From NCBI RefSeq assembly GCF_001194135.2, contig NC_068994.1, positions 30,446,592 to 30,499,006 of the forward strand: DNA of 52,415 nucleotides, written 5' to 3'. The position numbers were made by a program, and so were the translations under genes. This stretch comes from Octopus bimaculoides. Taxonomy: Eukaryota. The notes beneath the pieces are model-generated. The model saw only the letters and a list, made by a program, of their open reading frames with translations. It was not told the origin of the DNA and did not search any database. Positions 1 to 11,652 of the stretch are shown in pieces. Position 1 is the stretch's first letter; the number at the start of each line of letters is the position of its first letter.

Positions 1-77
1 TTAACTTATTTTGAAGGGAATTTTAGATACTCACAGGATATGTATATATTGTGTTGTATATATTGTATATATTGTAT

Positions 78-78
78 A

Positions 79-150
<72 letters not shown>
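78..150. repeat. (TTA)n microsatellite; (TAA)n 3' flank/tail of the adjacent R4/Dong-like element
   Basis: Pure TTA run directly abutting the 3' end of the minus-strand element. Confidence 0.95.
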
Positions 151-1385
151 CATCATCCAGTAGTCTTGTTTTTATCACGTGTTTTCACTTCACTACCGAG
201 CGCAGCTCTGTGTGCCTTGGGTATGTGCTGTGGTTTGTTGTGATGCTCTTATGGTTACTGTATTGAAAGTGTTTTACGTAGGATGTGTGCGGTGCCTAGC
301 AGTGCTATTTTCTGTATGTTATATATATTTGTTAGTCCTGGTGTTTTTGTTATGTATTTGGCAGAATATTTTTTTATCGTACCTACTGCGCCTATTATGA
401 TAGGAATTGTTTCTGTTTTTAGACTCTACATTCGAGTTACCTCTATTTCCAGGTCTTTATATTTTTAAAGTTTCTCCACTTCTTTTAGAGAAACGTTGTC
501 ATCTGTTAGTATTGATACATCAATTAGAAAGCATTTTTTCTTGATGATCTCTGACAACTATATCTGGCCTATTGTCCTTAATTTCTGTGTGTATTGGCAT
601 ATCTCATAGTATGGTTGCTTTCTCAATTTCTATGACCCTTAGTGGCGTGTGCCTATGTCATCTTTTTTCTGTTGTTATTCCATAGTGTTAGCATAGCTTT
701 CGGTGCATATAGGTCCCAGCTCTATCATGTCTGTGAATATATTCCTTCTTAGCCAGGACTGGGCAGCTAGAGATAATATGATTTATTGTTTCTTATCCAT
801 CTCCACATATTCTGCAGTTACTTGTTATGTTTCTTTTCATTATATGTCTTTGGTAATTCCTGATGGAAAGGCTTTGGTCTTATGCAGCAATNNNNNNNNN
901 NTCTTTTGCGTTTAGTTTAACCCAATATTTGCTATGAAGGGGCTTTTCTTGCCATCGTTTTATCGTGATCCGTTGCTGTTCATAGTTTTAGTCTGGATTT
1001 CAATTGTTTTATAGCTTTTGTTGATTCTTCTTTTTCTTCATAGTTGTTAGGTAGTATGACTTCTTGTTTGTAGTTGTTAGTTTCCTTAAAGACTGAAAAC
1101 AGTTTTTTGTTTTGCTCGTGTTTTGTGGCTATCTGTATTAGTTTTCCTTGCTTCTGAAATAGGTATTTTTGTAGTCCTATGGTGGTTGTTTTGTAATAGT
1201 TTTCTAGCTGTATTAGGCCTCTAGCACTTCTATGCAATGTATATATAACCTTTCTATGTCAGATTTTGGGTGGTGCATCCTAAATCATGTCATTATTCTT
1301 CTTGTGTTCCTGTCTATTTTTATTAGTTCATTTAGTGTCGATTTAAGGATATCGTAGCTGTAACTTATAATTGGGACAATATATA
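151..1385 (-). mobile_element. 5'-truncated, degenerate R4/Dong-like non-LTR retrotransposon (RT end, CCHC knuckle, RLE endonuclease)
   Basis: Minus-strand translation: VPIISYSY..MHHPKSDIERLY..RGLIQLENYY (post-RT), CRICGDG*ETINHIISSC (CCHC), RHDR, NRPDIVV (PD-D/ExK nuclease). Many stops and frameshifts; 10-N gap near 892. Confidence 0.88.
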
Positions 1386-1404
1386 CAACATTTTTGTTGT
1401 ATAT

Positions 1405-3410
1405 ATTTTGCAAAAAAACCCGTAAAATTATAGAAATCTTGTTAGAGGGTTTAGTTGAATTGCAAAAACAACATCAATAACTCAAAGAACATCAAGAACA
1501 ACAAATGTTACAGCAAAACCCGTATTCATTTATTTTTCCAAATACGTGCCGTTTGCGGCGTTGCACCCGGTCAGTAAAGAGCTAGAAAGACTAGAAAGTC
1601 TAGCTATAATTGAAAAAGTCAACCATTCAAACTGGGCAGCTCCGACGGTTTATGTAAATAAAAAAAATAATGAACTAAGAGTATGTGCGGACTTTTCAAC
1701 TGGATTAAATGACTGTTTAGTCGAACACAATTATCCATTATCAAGCCCAGAAGAAGTTTTCTCAAAACTAAATGGAGGAAAATTTTTCTCGAAGTTAGAC
1801 CTCCTGGAGGTCTATGTACAGAATGTATAAATTCAAGTGACTTCTTTTTGGAGTGAAAGTGGCACCTGCCATATTCCAGCAAGTGATGGACGCAATGTTA
1901 AATGATTGCAGCTTCGTTATCGCTTACCTCGATGATATTTTGATAAAGAGCGAGACAGTGGAGCAACACTTCGAACATATTAAAAAAGTATTTGGAAAAA
2001 TAAATGAATACGGGTTTAGATTGACTGAGGAAAAGTGTAAAGTTTTGATGAAAAAGATCAAATATTTGGGTCAAGTAATTGACGAAAGGGAACGAAGGCC
2101 AGGCCCAACAAGGGCGACGGCAATACGGAATATGCTTCTCTCAACCAATGTCAAATTGTTAAAAATATTTTTAGGCTTGGTAAACTACTATCAAGTGTAC
2201 ATCCCGAATATACGCAACACAAGGGTTCCAGTAAACGAGCTGTTAAAAAAGGATGCTAAATGGTTTTAGTTAGAAAAATGCCAAAAGGCATTTGAGGAAC
2301 TAAAATGCATGTTCACTTCAAACTTATCGCTTACACACTTCGATCCAAAGTTGGAAACGATACTGGCAACAAATGCTAGTGAGTACGAGGTAGGTGCCGT
2401 ACTCCTACACAAATGTGAAGATGGCAGCCAAAAGATCATAGCTTACGCGTTAAGGACACGATTGCCAGCCGAAAGAAATTATAGCCAAATTGAAAAAAGC
2501 ATTGGCGATTATATTTGGCATAAAAAAAGTTCCACAGGTTTATACATGGTAAACGGTTTAGACTACAAACAGACCATCGCCCGTTGCTAACGATTTATGT
2601 ATCCAATAAAGAAATCCCAGCACATAAGCAAACAAGTTGCAGCGATGGGGCACCATACTACTAAACGACGACTACGCAATGGAATATTTACCTTCGAAAA
2701 AGCTAGGACATGCTGACGGCTATCCAGGTTAATACCCAGAAATGGCGAACGATTCGAGGACACAGTAATAGTAGCCATAAGAGCCGAAGGAGAAATTAAA
2801 CACATAATGTGGAACATTGTACAAGAGTTACCAATAACTCTGGAGGAGATAAAGAGAAGCGTCAAAAGACAAGTTCATTAATGAAATAAAAAACAAAAAA
2901 AATCTGTGGTCAGCATATGAAAATAAAAGAAGGTTCGGGTAAGGAAAAACAAAACATATATTCAACATGCGACGGCGTACTGATGTATGGCCAAAGGGTA
3001 GTGATACTCTACAAAAAGGAATGTTGAAAGAATTCCACATTGGACATCAGAGGGTTGCAAGGATGAAAGCGCTTATGCGCAGTTATGTGTATTGACCGAA
3101 GATGGACAAGGAAGTTGAACACGTAGTAAAAGGCTGCAGAGGATGTGCTCTGGCAGCAAAACTGCCTACTCAAAAATGGGAGTCTTGGCCACAAGTAAAA
3201 AGTCCATCGATAAGACTATACACTGATTTCGTGGGTCCGTTAAATGGTTATTATTACTTAGTAGTAGTTGACAGTTTTACAAAATGGCCGGAAATTGTTA
3301 AGTGCAAAAGACCAACTTCCGAAACGTTAACAAATATTTTGCACGAATTATTCGCAAGATTCGGCATCCCAAACGTGACTGTATCTGATAATGGAACGTT
3401 ATATTTTAGT
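1405..3410 (+). mobile_element. Ty3/Gypsy (Mag/K02A2.6-like) LTR retrotransposon remnant: gag start, RT, RNase H, integrase
   Basis: PFAAL..WAAP..LRVCADF, YLDDILI, RNase H NASEYEVGAVL/YSQIEK, integrase HIGH..C..C zinc finger and DFVGP..VVDSFTKWPE..VSDNG. Frameshifted; no LTR seen. Confidence 0.92.
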
Positions 3411-3570
3411 GAATGATTGTGTACTTGCACGTGTATGCGTTTGAGAGAGCGAGAGAGGAAGAGGTAGAGAGAAGGGGAGAAAAGAATAGAGAAAGAGAGG
3501 AAGGGAGAACGGAAGACAGTTATAAAATAGCAATGCGTGCACGTGCTTATATAAGAAAGTTGTTCATGGT

Positions 3571-3867
3571 GGCACTCCGTCGATTACGACGTCGAGGGTT
3601 TCAGTTGATCCGATCAACGGAACAGCCTGCTCGTGAAATTAACGTTCAAGTGGCTGAGTACTCCACAGACACGTGTACCCTTAACGTAGTTCTCGGGGAT
3701 ATTCAGCGTGACACAGCGTGACAAGGCTGACCCTTTGAACCACAGGCACAACAGAAACAGGAAGTAAGAGTGAGAGAAAGTTGTGGTGAAAGAGTACAGC
3801 AGGGTTCGCCACCATCCCCTGCCGGAGCCTCGTGAAGCTTTAGGTGTTTTCGCTCAATAAACACTCA
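3571..3867 (-). mobile_element. SINE-like repeat sharing its 3' module with the SINE at 7843-8167 but with a different upstream part
   Basis: 3571-3730 is the reverse complement of about 7998-8165; 3735-3867 is unrelated to that SINE's head; ends at a gap. Confidence 0.7.
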
Positions 3868-4536
3868 NNNNNNNNNNNNNNNNNNNNNNNNNNNNNNNNN
3901 NNNNNNNNNNNNNNNNNNATATATATATATATATATATATATAAGAAAGACACACAAACTAAATCTTATATGTATAATGTTGATGTGTGTATGTGTTTCT
4001 GTGTATGTTGTTGTCACAGATCACGTATGTGTGCTTGTGTGTGTTTTTACGTTTCTATGTTATGAAAAATATGTTAGAGGTAGAAGGATACACGAAAACT
4101 ATTAAATGGGAGAGAGGAAGAAGAAAGAAGTCTTTGTATGTATCACTTTCTCTCTCTCTCTCTCCCTCTCTCATTCTTACTCTCTATATTTTATGTTGAG
4201 CGCGTGATCGATGAACGCCGCTACAGGAAGAAGGGAAGAAATATAAAAATTGCTAGAAACAACAGCTAAATCGCCCTTAAATCACACAAAGTAAACGGAA
4301 TTTAAAAAATCTATTTACTGCACTGGAAAGTTCACATCGAAAAAATTCCATTGATGCAAAAGTTTTTACGAAAAAGTGGAAAATGTGGATTTCTATAAAC
4401 TTTTTAAAAGGCTTCATACAGACACATATCTTCAGCTTTATATATTAAAATATATGAGAAATTATAATAAGCACAAGTTTGTAATATTTGTTCCCAACAT
4501 ATGTTCTCCCGTTATGGTTATTAGTATCCTCTGTAG

Positions 4537-4634
4537 AGGATGATACAAGATCATTTGGATGCTGAACCACTACAGTCCATCAGGGGAACACTTTGTTGCA
4601 TTTGCAACGTCCATGCAGAGGATTAACTACAATG
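4537..4634 (+). other. Candidate upstream exon of gene A (phase 1 to 0) with an in-frame TGA
   Basis: tcctctgtag acceptor, ATG|gtaaaa donor; reads (E)DDTRSFGC*TTTVHQGNTLLHLQRPCRGLTTM; phase fits the exon at 4952. Confidence 0.25.
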
Positions 4635-4951
4635 GTAAAACGTACGTAGGGAATAAATGACATAAAACTTGTTTATCATAATTTTTCCTACATTTTCTAT
4701 GTACGTCACAACTGGTAATAACAACCACGTACAGTAGTAACTACATCACATTACTGGAAGTAGACCGGAAGAGTTTCGCTTGCATGTAGTGAAAGAACTA
4801 TCTCGGTTGCTTTTTGTAGACATATCTTTACTGATTTAGTTATTGTTTTTTGTCAATGATATTAATGATGAGGTTAAATTGTAAAGTGGTAGTAATTACT
4901 GTAAATGTGAATAAACTCTTATAGTCTCTAAATTTTACTGTCTCCCTCTAG

Positions 4952-5042
4952 CTTAACTTCACGTGTATCACAAAGGACTGGATTGAAAATTACAAAATTG
5001 ATCTTGTGCAAAGCAGTGGTCATTGTGCTGCGACTATGGTCC
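4952..5042 (+). CDS. Internal exon of uncharacterized gene A (LNFTCITKDWIENYKIDLVQSSGHCAATMV), phase 0 to 1
   Basis: Strong acceptor ttttactgtctccctctag, donor CC|gtaagt, open frame, phase 1 end compatible with the exon at 13151. Confidence 0.6.
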
Positions 5043-5084
5043 GTAAGTATAGTTCGAAAGGTGTCAGTCACAAGAGAGTCGGCT

Positions 5085-5450
5085 AGACTGGTGCTTTAAA
5101 ATATTTGTTCCGGCTCTCTGCATTCAAATTCTATTGAGGACAAGTTTATCATTTATCCATTCAAGGTCGACGAATAAAGTACCTGTCAAGTACTGGGTTC
5201 AATTTCACACACACTCTCTCTCTCTCGCTCATATATATGTATGTGTGCGTGTGTGTGTGTGTGTGTGTGTATTAGAGATAGAGAGAGACAGACAGACAGA
5301 CAAAAAGATAGATAGAGAGAGAAAATCGAACCTAGTACTTGTACTTTATTCATTGATCTGGAATGGACAAATGATAATGTCCTCAACAGAATTTGAACTC
5401 TGAGTGTAGAGAGCTGGAATAAATATCTCAAAGCAGACACTTTAGCCACA
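5085..5450 (-). mobile_element. Fragments of OR1-like tRNA SINE interleaved with (CT)/(GT)/(AG)/(CA) microsatellites
   Basis: tcgacgaataaagtacc and gaatttgaactctgag segments match other SINE copies in this window (e.g. 45225-45445). Confidence 0.6.
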
Positions 5451-6003
5451 CACACACACACACACACAAACTTATTAGTAGCCCTAATAATGTAAACATT
5501 ATCGATGAGCCAGACTTACTGTATGTTTTTTAAATTTATTTATGCGCTCATTGGTTGCGAAATAGTGTCAGAGGGAAAAATCCCTTTAAAAGCCGAGTGT
5601 TGAGAAAAACTGAATACCTCAGACTAGTGAAGACAACGCGCCTCGAAGACGATCGGAAACCGTGGATATTGATATTGTGCTGTTTTTGCAGCTCTTCGGC
5701 ATCGTGTACTCAAGTCACCTCGGAACGAATTGCAATTGCTAGTCTGAGGCATATACGCAAATAGTGTCGAGTCAATCTGCTGATGTGCATTGGCTGCGAG
5801 ATAGCGTCAGAAAGAACAACCCCTTTAAGACGCCGAATGTTGAAAAACACTAAGTTTGTGAATCAAACGAAAGTAGTAGCAATTAACACATTTGGTAGGA
5901 GTTACATATATTTCTAAGATGGATGAGTCCTACTCGTTCACGAAACTTTAAGCCATATGGAGCTGAGTCAGACTGTTATTAAAACACGTATACATGCACA
6001 CAC

Positions 6004-6007
<4 letters not shown>

Positions 6008-6034
<27 letters not shown>

Positions 6035-6681
6035 TGTATGTATGTATGCATGCATGCATGCATGTATGTATGTATGTATGTATGTATGTATGTATGTACG
6101 TATGTATGTATGTCATTATTCGGTTTTATCTCAAGATTTCTTGCCAATAGAGAAAGAACCGGTTTCTAACCTAGACCCAAGCCTCCCTCATTGAAATTTC
6201 AACATCATAAACAGGGTATGTATGTATGTATGTATGTATGTATGTATGTATGTATGTATGTATGTATATATGTACATAATTGTGCAGATTTGTATGTTTT
6301 GCTTTATGTATGTATTCTCATGCATATAATTGCATATTTAAACATGCTCATTATATTTAAATGATAAACTTCTGGAAAGCTTTACAGATTTTTACAGTTC
6401 CAGTGATGGAATTAGCTTTCTCCTTTCTGGTTTTGAGAAGCCTAATTTCTCAAGATTGGTATTTAGGCAGTGTGTATGTATGTATGTATGTATGTATGTA
6501 TGTATGTATGTATGTATGTATGTATGTATGTATGTATGTATGTATGCCATTATTCAGTTTATTTCAAGATTTCTTGCTAATAGAGAAATAACCGGTTTCT
6601 AACCTAGATCCAAGGCTCCTTCATTGGAATTTCAACATCAACAACAAGCTATTTTTGTATGTATGTATGTATGTATGTATG

Positions 6682-6709
<28 letters not shown>
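6008..6709. repeat. (TATG)n array interrupted by modules A1 (6114-6216), B1 (6277-6474) and A2 (6548-6656)
   Basis: A1 resembles A2; B1 resembles B2 (6710-6922, the 3' UTR of the adjacent RLE element); every module is bounded by TATG runs. Confidence 0.9.
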
Positions 6710-6712
<3 letters not shown>

Positions 6713-7745
6713 TTGTGCAGATGTGGATGTTTTACGTATGTATTCTCATGCATATAGTTGCATATCTAGACATGCTCATATATATATTTAAATGATAATC
6801 TTCTAGAAAGTTTCACAGATTTTTACAGTTCCAACGATGGATTGGATCTGTAGTCTTCGAATTAGCTTTCTCCTTTCTGGTTTTGAGAATTTCTCAAGAT
6901 TGGTGTTTGTTTAGGCAGTGTGTTACAATCTCAGGGCCCCAATAATTAAAGTTATAAACCTGAACTTGTAATCTGGATAGAGTAACTGCAGATTTCTCAA
7001 TAGTTCAGCATAAGTGTTCTCTTTTTCACTGATCTTCAGCTTTATGTTAACATCCGATGGGCAGCTAATTTCCACAATTGTGCACAGTTTCTCTTCTCTA
7101 TCCCAAATCATATCAGGTCTGTGATGCTTACATTTTATTGAGATCTTCACTGGGACATTCCACCTGTATTCCGTTTTATTATGAGTGGCTATGGTTCTTA
7201 TTTCTTTGTCCTCGGGATTATCCTTCCGACGGATTTCAGTATAGAGTGTCCTAACTACAACATCATTTCTCATCGGTAGATAATACCGTGATGACATTTT
7301 CGGACAACTGCTTATGATGTGGGTGTTATCTTCAGTGTGAACTCCATAAAGTCTGCATCGGTTGTCACATTTTACGGCTGTACCTGCTTCTCTATCTCTT
7401 TTGTGCATCAGGTACTTGGTTGATATTTCCTGTTCCTGCATTGCAAACGCATACCCTTCAAAGTGGGAGGTAGTAATCCAGCTATTGGTCCATGACAAAC
7501 TGCTTTGATGATCGATGTTACTATCATCCTGGAGCTTTCTACAAACATGTCCATGCATAGTCGTCTGCTCATATAGATACATTCTTTCATCTGATGATAT
7601 GTTGCAGTAGAGTCGTGCGACTTTGGGTATGTATTCTAGGTTATCAGACAAAGTGTTGCTCAAGGAGCTGCCTTCCAAATCTTATGATGTCATCAGCCTC
7701 ATGTATGTAAACTTAGTCAAGGGATGCACTTCGACACTTGGTGGT
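6710..7745 (-). mobile_element. 5'-truncated R4-like RLE non-LTR retrotransposon embedded in (CATA)n
   Basis: ORF 6923-7678: HFEGYAFAMQEQEI, CRLY..EDNTHIISSC, RND, HRPDMIWD..IVEISCP..EKENTYAEL..IIGAL; about 213 bp 3' UTR; TATG runs at both junctions. Confidence 0.88.
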
Positions 7746-7842
7746 TATGTATGTATGTATATAAGTACGTACGTACGTATGTATGTATGCATGTATGTAT
7801 GTATGTATGTATGTATGTATGTATGTATGTATGTATGTATGT

Positions 7843-8167
7843 AGTGAAGGCGCGTGGCTTAGTGGTTAGGGCATTCGGCTCATGATCGTAAGGTCGTGAG
7901 TTCAATTCCCGGCGACGCGTTGTGTCCTTGAGCAAGACACTTTATTTCACGTTGCTCCAGTCCACTCAGCTGGCAAAAATGAGTAGTACCTGTATTTCAA
8001 AGGGCCGGCCTTGTCACATTCTGTGTTACGCAGAATCTCCTTGAGAACTACGTTAGTGGTACACGTGTCTGTGGAATGCTCAGTCACTTGCACGTTAATT
8101 TCACGAGCAGGCTTTTCCGTTGATCGTATTAGCTGGGACCCTCGTCGTTGTAACCGACGGAGTACTC
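7843..8167 (+). mobile_element. Full-length tRNA-headed SINE with CORE-like central segment, inside (TATG)n
   Basis: A box TGGCTTAGTGG, B box GAGTTCAATTC, tgtgtccttgagcaagacact core-like motif. Confidence 0.85.
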
Positions 8168-8243
8168 TTATGTATGTATGTATGTATGTATGTATGTATG
8201 TATGCATGTATGTATGTATGTATGTACGTCAGTCAGTCAGTCA

Positions 8244-8368
8244 GCTAACGTTTCTGAGGTGCTAACGTTTCTAGGTGCTAACGTTTCTAGGTGCTAACGT
8301 TTCTAGGTGCTAACGTTTCTGCCAGGAATTTTGTCGGAGCGCTAACGTTTCTACCAGCTCGCCGCCTT
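8244..8368 (-). repeat. 16-17 bp minisatellite (GCTAACGTTTCT-AGGT) derived from an OR1-like SINE 5' end
   Basis: Six copies of GCTAACGTTTCT; the last continues into ccagctcgccgcctt, the SINE head also seen at 45419-45445. Confidence 0.85.
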
Positions 8369-9890
8369 ACATACATACATACATACATACATACAGTATA
8401 TCATTACAATAATATTCTTAATGCCGCAATTTACTCACATGCAGCATCTTTCAGAGCTTGTCGCTAATTCATTTCTTGACCAAAGTAAAACTGTTAACAT
8501 TTTTGAAGAGGACTGGTTCCTAGCTACATTTTGGCATAAACAAATTGAGATTTGATCCAGTAGAAAAAGTTTACATCAAAATTTGTAGGAACGTTGTAGG
8601 AGAGTAAGTAACGCCATCAATCAAGTTTAGATCTAAATAATTTTTTATTTTAAAAGCAAAATATAATTATCTTAGCTTCAATGATAGAAGAAAGAATGAA
8701 GAATTTTATAGTTTTGTTCCCATGCAACAAAAGTTTGTATCAAAAAAGTTGTGAGGTAAAATATCATGAAAAAATATAAGTAAGGCAAAAAATTGGATTT
8801 AAATATAATTAACTTTTTCATATAAAAAACAAACTATATTTCAATTAATCTCAAATGATAGAGCTCAATTCGAGGGATTTCATGGTATCAATCTCATGCA
8901 ATGAAGTTCTAAAAGAAAAAAAGTTATGAGTGCTTGTTTCTCAAATTTGAGGATGACAATTTAGTTCTATACTTTTTTTATGAATGTAGTTCTATAAGGG
9001 GACTTTTAATACATGTCACAGCGTCATTGAAGAAAGGAAAAATTTATCAACGACTCCGCTAATTGATGCATTTGACACATCATTAATTAGTATAATAGCA
9101 TAGCCTGGAAAAAATATGGATCACATGGAAAAATGCGAGCAAGCTAAATATTATTTTTAAGATTATAAATAAACCTAGAAAATTACAGTACAAGTTATTA
9201 AAATTTTCGTTAAAATATTGCAGTTAAGGATAAAATTTGAATATTAAAAATTATTTGATTAAAATTTACAAAGTAACATTATAATTAAAAAAGGCACCTT
9301 CATTTTATTGAAATATTGACACACTAGAACACTTAAAAATGAGAGCCAGAAGTACCAATATAGCTAAAGTTTTATGCAAAGTAGAATAGTGTATATGGTA
9401 GGCAAATTCATTATGTAAAAAATAGGCATTGGATCAAGACTAAAAATGTGAAGACTTGGTAATAACTTACACAATAACTCAAGCAAATTTTACTGTGAAT
9501 TTGTTGTTATAGGTAGAGTTTACTGTAATATATATCTAAATTTTGTATTATTCTATTTATTGTACTAACAAATTATGTACTACTATTATTTTTTAAAACC
9601 TATTTTCAAATTTCTAATTATTAATTAATAATTGAAGAAATGAATTTTTTAAAGTGCAAAAATATTTTGAGTTTTTTAGTTTTAATTTCTAAATCTAAAT
9701 ATTTTATTTGAAATTTTATCCTTAGCTGCAATATTTTAAGTAAAAATTTTCTTATTCTGTACTTTACCAGATGTAATAAGTTGTCCTGAACTTTTCCAAG
9801 TGCAATAACTTGTCCTGTAATTTTCCAGGTTTATAATCTTAAGAGTGTTATTTCTCTTGCTCGCATTTTTCAATGTAATATATGTATATA

Positions 9891-10392
9891 CAGGGTGTCC
9901 ATGAATTAACTATCTGTTTCAATGAAATCGGGCAAATATAAAAAGAATAAAAACTGACAGAATTTTATACTTACTTAATTATGATACCAAAACAAATAGA
10001 TTTATAAATCTTACGTCAAAACCTTATTGAAAATTTCAACATGTGTTCCGTCTGTATGCGTGCAAATTTCAAATCTATCCTTATCATTGCGAAAAACATT
10101 TTGAAGCATTTCAGGTGTTATCTCCTGCACTGCTGAATAGTTCAGCTACACTATTACCCCATCCTGGAGATGGAGGTTGAGAAATGACTGCGGCCAAATT
10201 GAAAAAATGCTGCCGTGGGCAGATAAATGGGATCCAACAGGAATGAAAGTGGATTATAAAAATTATAAAATTATAAACAGGATAAAAAAATTATACACTT
10301 TTAACACATATTAATCATGGTAAACATAAATAAAGTGAGTTTTTAAACAAATTGTTCGATTTCACTGAAATAGTTCATTCTGGGACACCCTG
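9891..10392 (-). mobile_element. Tc1/mariner non-autonomous deletion derivative
   Basis: TA-CAGGGTGTCC...GGACACCCTG imperfect TIRs of about 35 bp; internal remnant resembling a transposase C-terminus on the minus strand. Confidence 0.8.
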
Positions 10393-10589
10393 CATGCATG
10401 GCTCTAAAGATCAAGAGACAACAAACTGCAAAGACGTTGAGAGCATACTCAAATGCAATATGACAGAATTCTGATAGGAGACTCCTGTTAATATGTCTGT
10501 AAATGTAAACGCAAGATAGTAGACGAAGAAAAGAAACTGTGTGATTCATAGTATCAGAAACTAAGTGTCAAGTACAATGTTATGAAATT

Positions 10590-10760
10590 TTGTTTGTTCC
10601 CCTTCCGTTTGGCAACCGGTATTGGTTTGTTTACGACCCCCATAACTTAGCAGTCTGGCATAAAAATCGATAGAATAAGTAACAGGCTTTAAAAAAAGAA
10701 AAGGAAAAATAAGCACTGGGTTTGGTTCATTCGACTAAAACGATTTAAGATAGAGACCCA
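10590..10760 (+). mobile_element. 3' fragment of OR2-like SINE
   Basis: caaccggtattggtttgtttacg..taacttagcag..cgatagaataag..ttcgactaaa matches copies at 16517 and 40163. Confidence 0.65.
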
Positions 10761-10792
10761 TGAAGTAAAAGATACACGCATGCATACATACG

Positions 10793-10859
<67 letters not shown>

Positions 10860-11204
10860 GTACTTGTGATCGTTTGGGCGTTTATCACAGCAGTAATTGT
10901 GAAGCATTGCGCTTCCACAAAACCAGAAAGGACACGACAGATTACGAAATAGTTTTAAACCATTTATATAATTGTGATAATACATACATACATGATGTTT
11001 TGCTAGTAGAATGTGTACACACACACACAAATACACACGCGTGTGCGCGCTCACCTTATATCCTTAACAATCTTACATGCTCATTAAGCCGAAGTTCATC
11101 TCAGTTTTCAAGGCGTGTAAGTGACTGAGAGTACAATACGTACGTCTAGCATCTTGAACAGGATTTGAATTTGTTGCAGAGTTAACCTCACGCTGTTGCT
11201 GATC

Positions 11205-11335
11205 CTCATTTTTAGCTGAATGAACTGGAGTAGCGTGAAATGAAGTGATTTGCAGAAGAGCAAACACAACACGATACCCATACAAAGATCGAAAGCACGA
11301 TCTTATGGTTGTGAGTCTAACCATTAGGCCGGGTA
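11205..11335 (-). mobile_element. Diverged CORE-like SINE fragment
   Basis: catttttagctgaatgaactggagtagcgtgaaatgaagtg is the reverse complement of the core of the 7843 SINE. Confidence 0.55.
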
Positions 11336-11589
11336 CCTTCACACATGTGAAACAGAAGTGTTTGATAGTATAAGCGTTTGATAAATAAGTCAATACGGTT
11401 AAGGACTCATTGTGCAAAACGGTCCAGAAATTGGATCTACAACATTACAAGCGTAAGCTTAAATCCTGACCACTATTCCACGCACTTTTACTTGACCCTT
11501 AATCTACTTAGTCAAAAAAACTACACTTGTCCACAAACACTTTGTCACACTAAGACACGCATTCACACCCAAGCATACGCGTATACTCA

Positions 11590-11652
<63 letters not shown>

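Noticed and set aside
6008-6922. CRISPR-like repeat-spacer appearance
   Set aside because: The repeats are variable-length TATG runs, the spacers are duplicated TE modules, the DNA is eukaryotic and there are no cas genes.
7847-7920. tRNA-like sequences (also 16517, 40163, 46860)
   Set aside because: SINE heads with A and B boxes but no full cloverleaf, continuing into SINE bodies.
9771-9828. Strong acceptor/donor pair inside the gene A intron
   Set aside because: Stops in all three frames; it is a 29-bp tandem duplication.
8400-9870. AT-rich stretch with MITE-like internal motifs
   Set aside because: No termini, TSD or coding remnant found to support a call.
10410-10475. QETTNCKDVESILKCNMTEF as a missing gene A exon
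   Set aside because: Weak acceptor and no GT donor before the stop.
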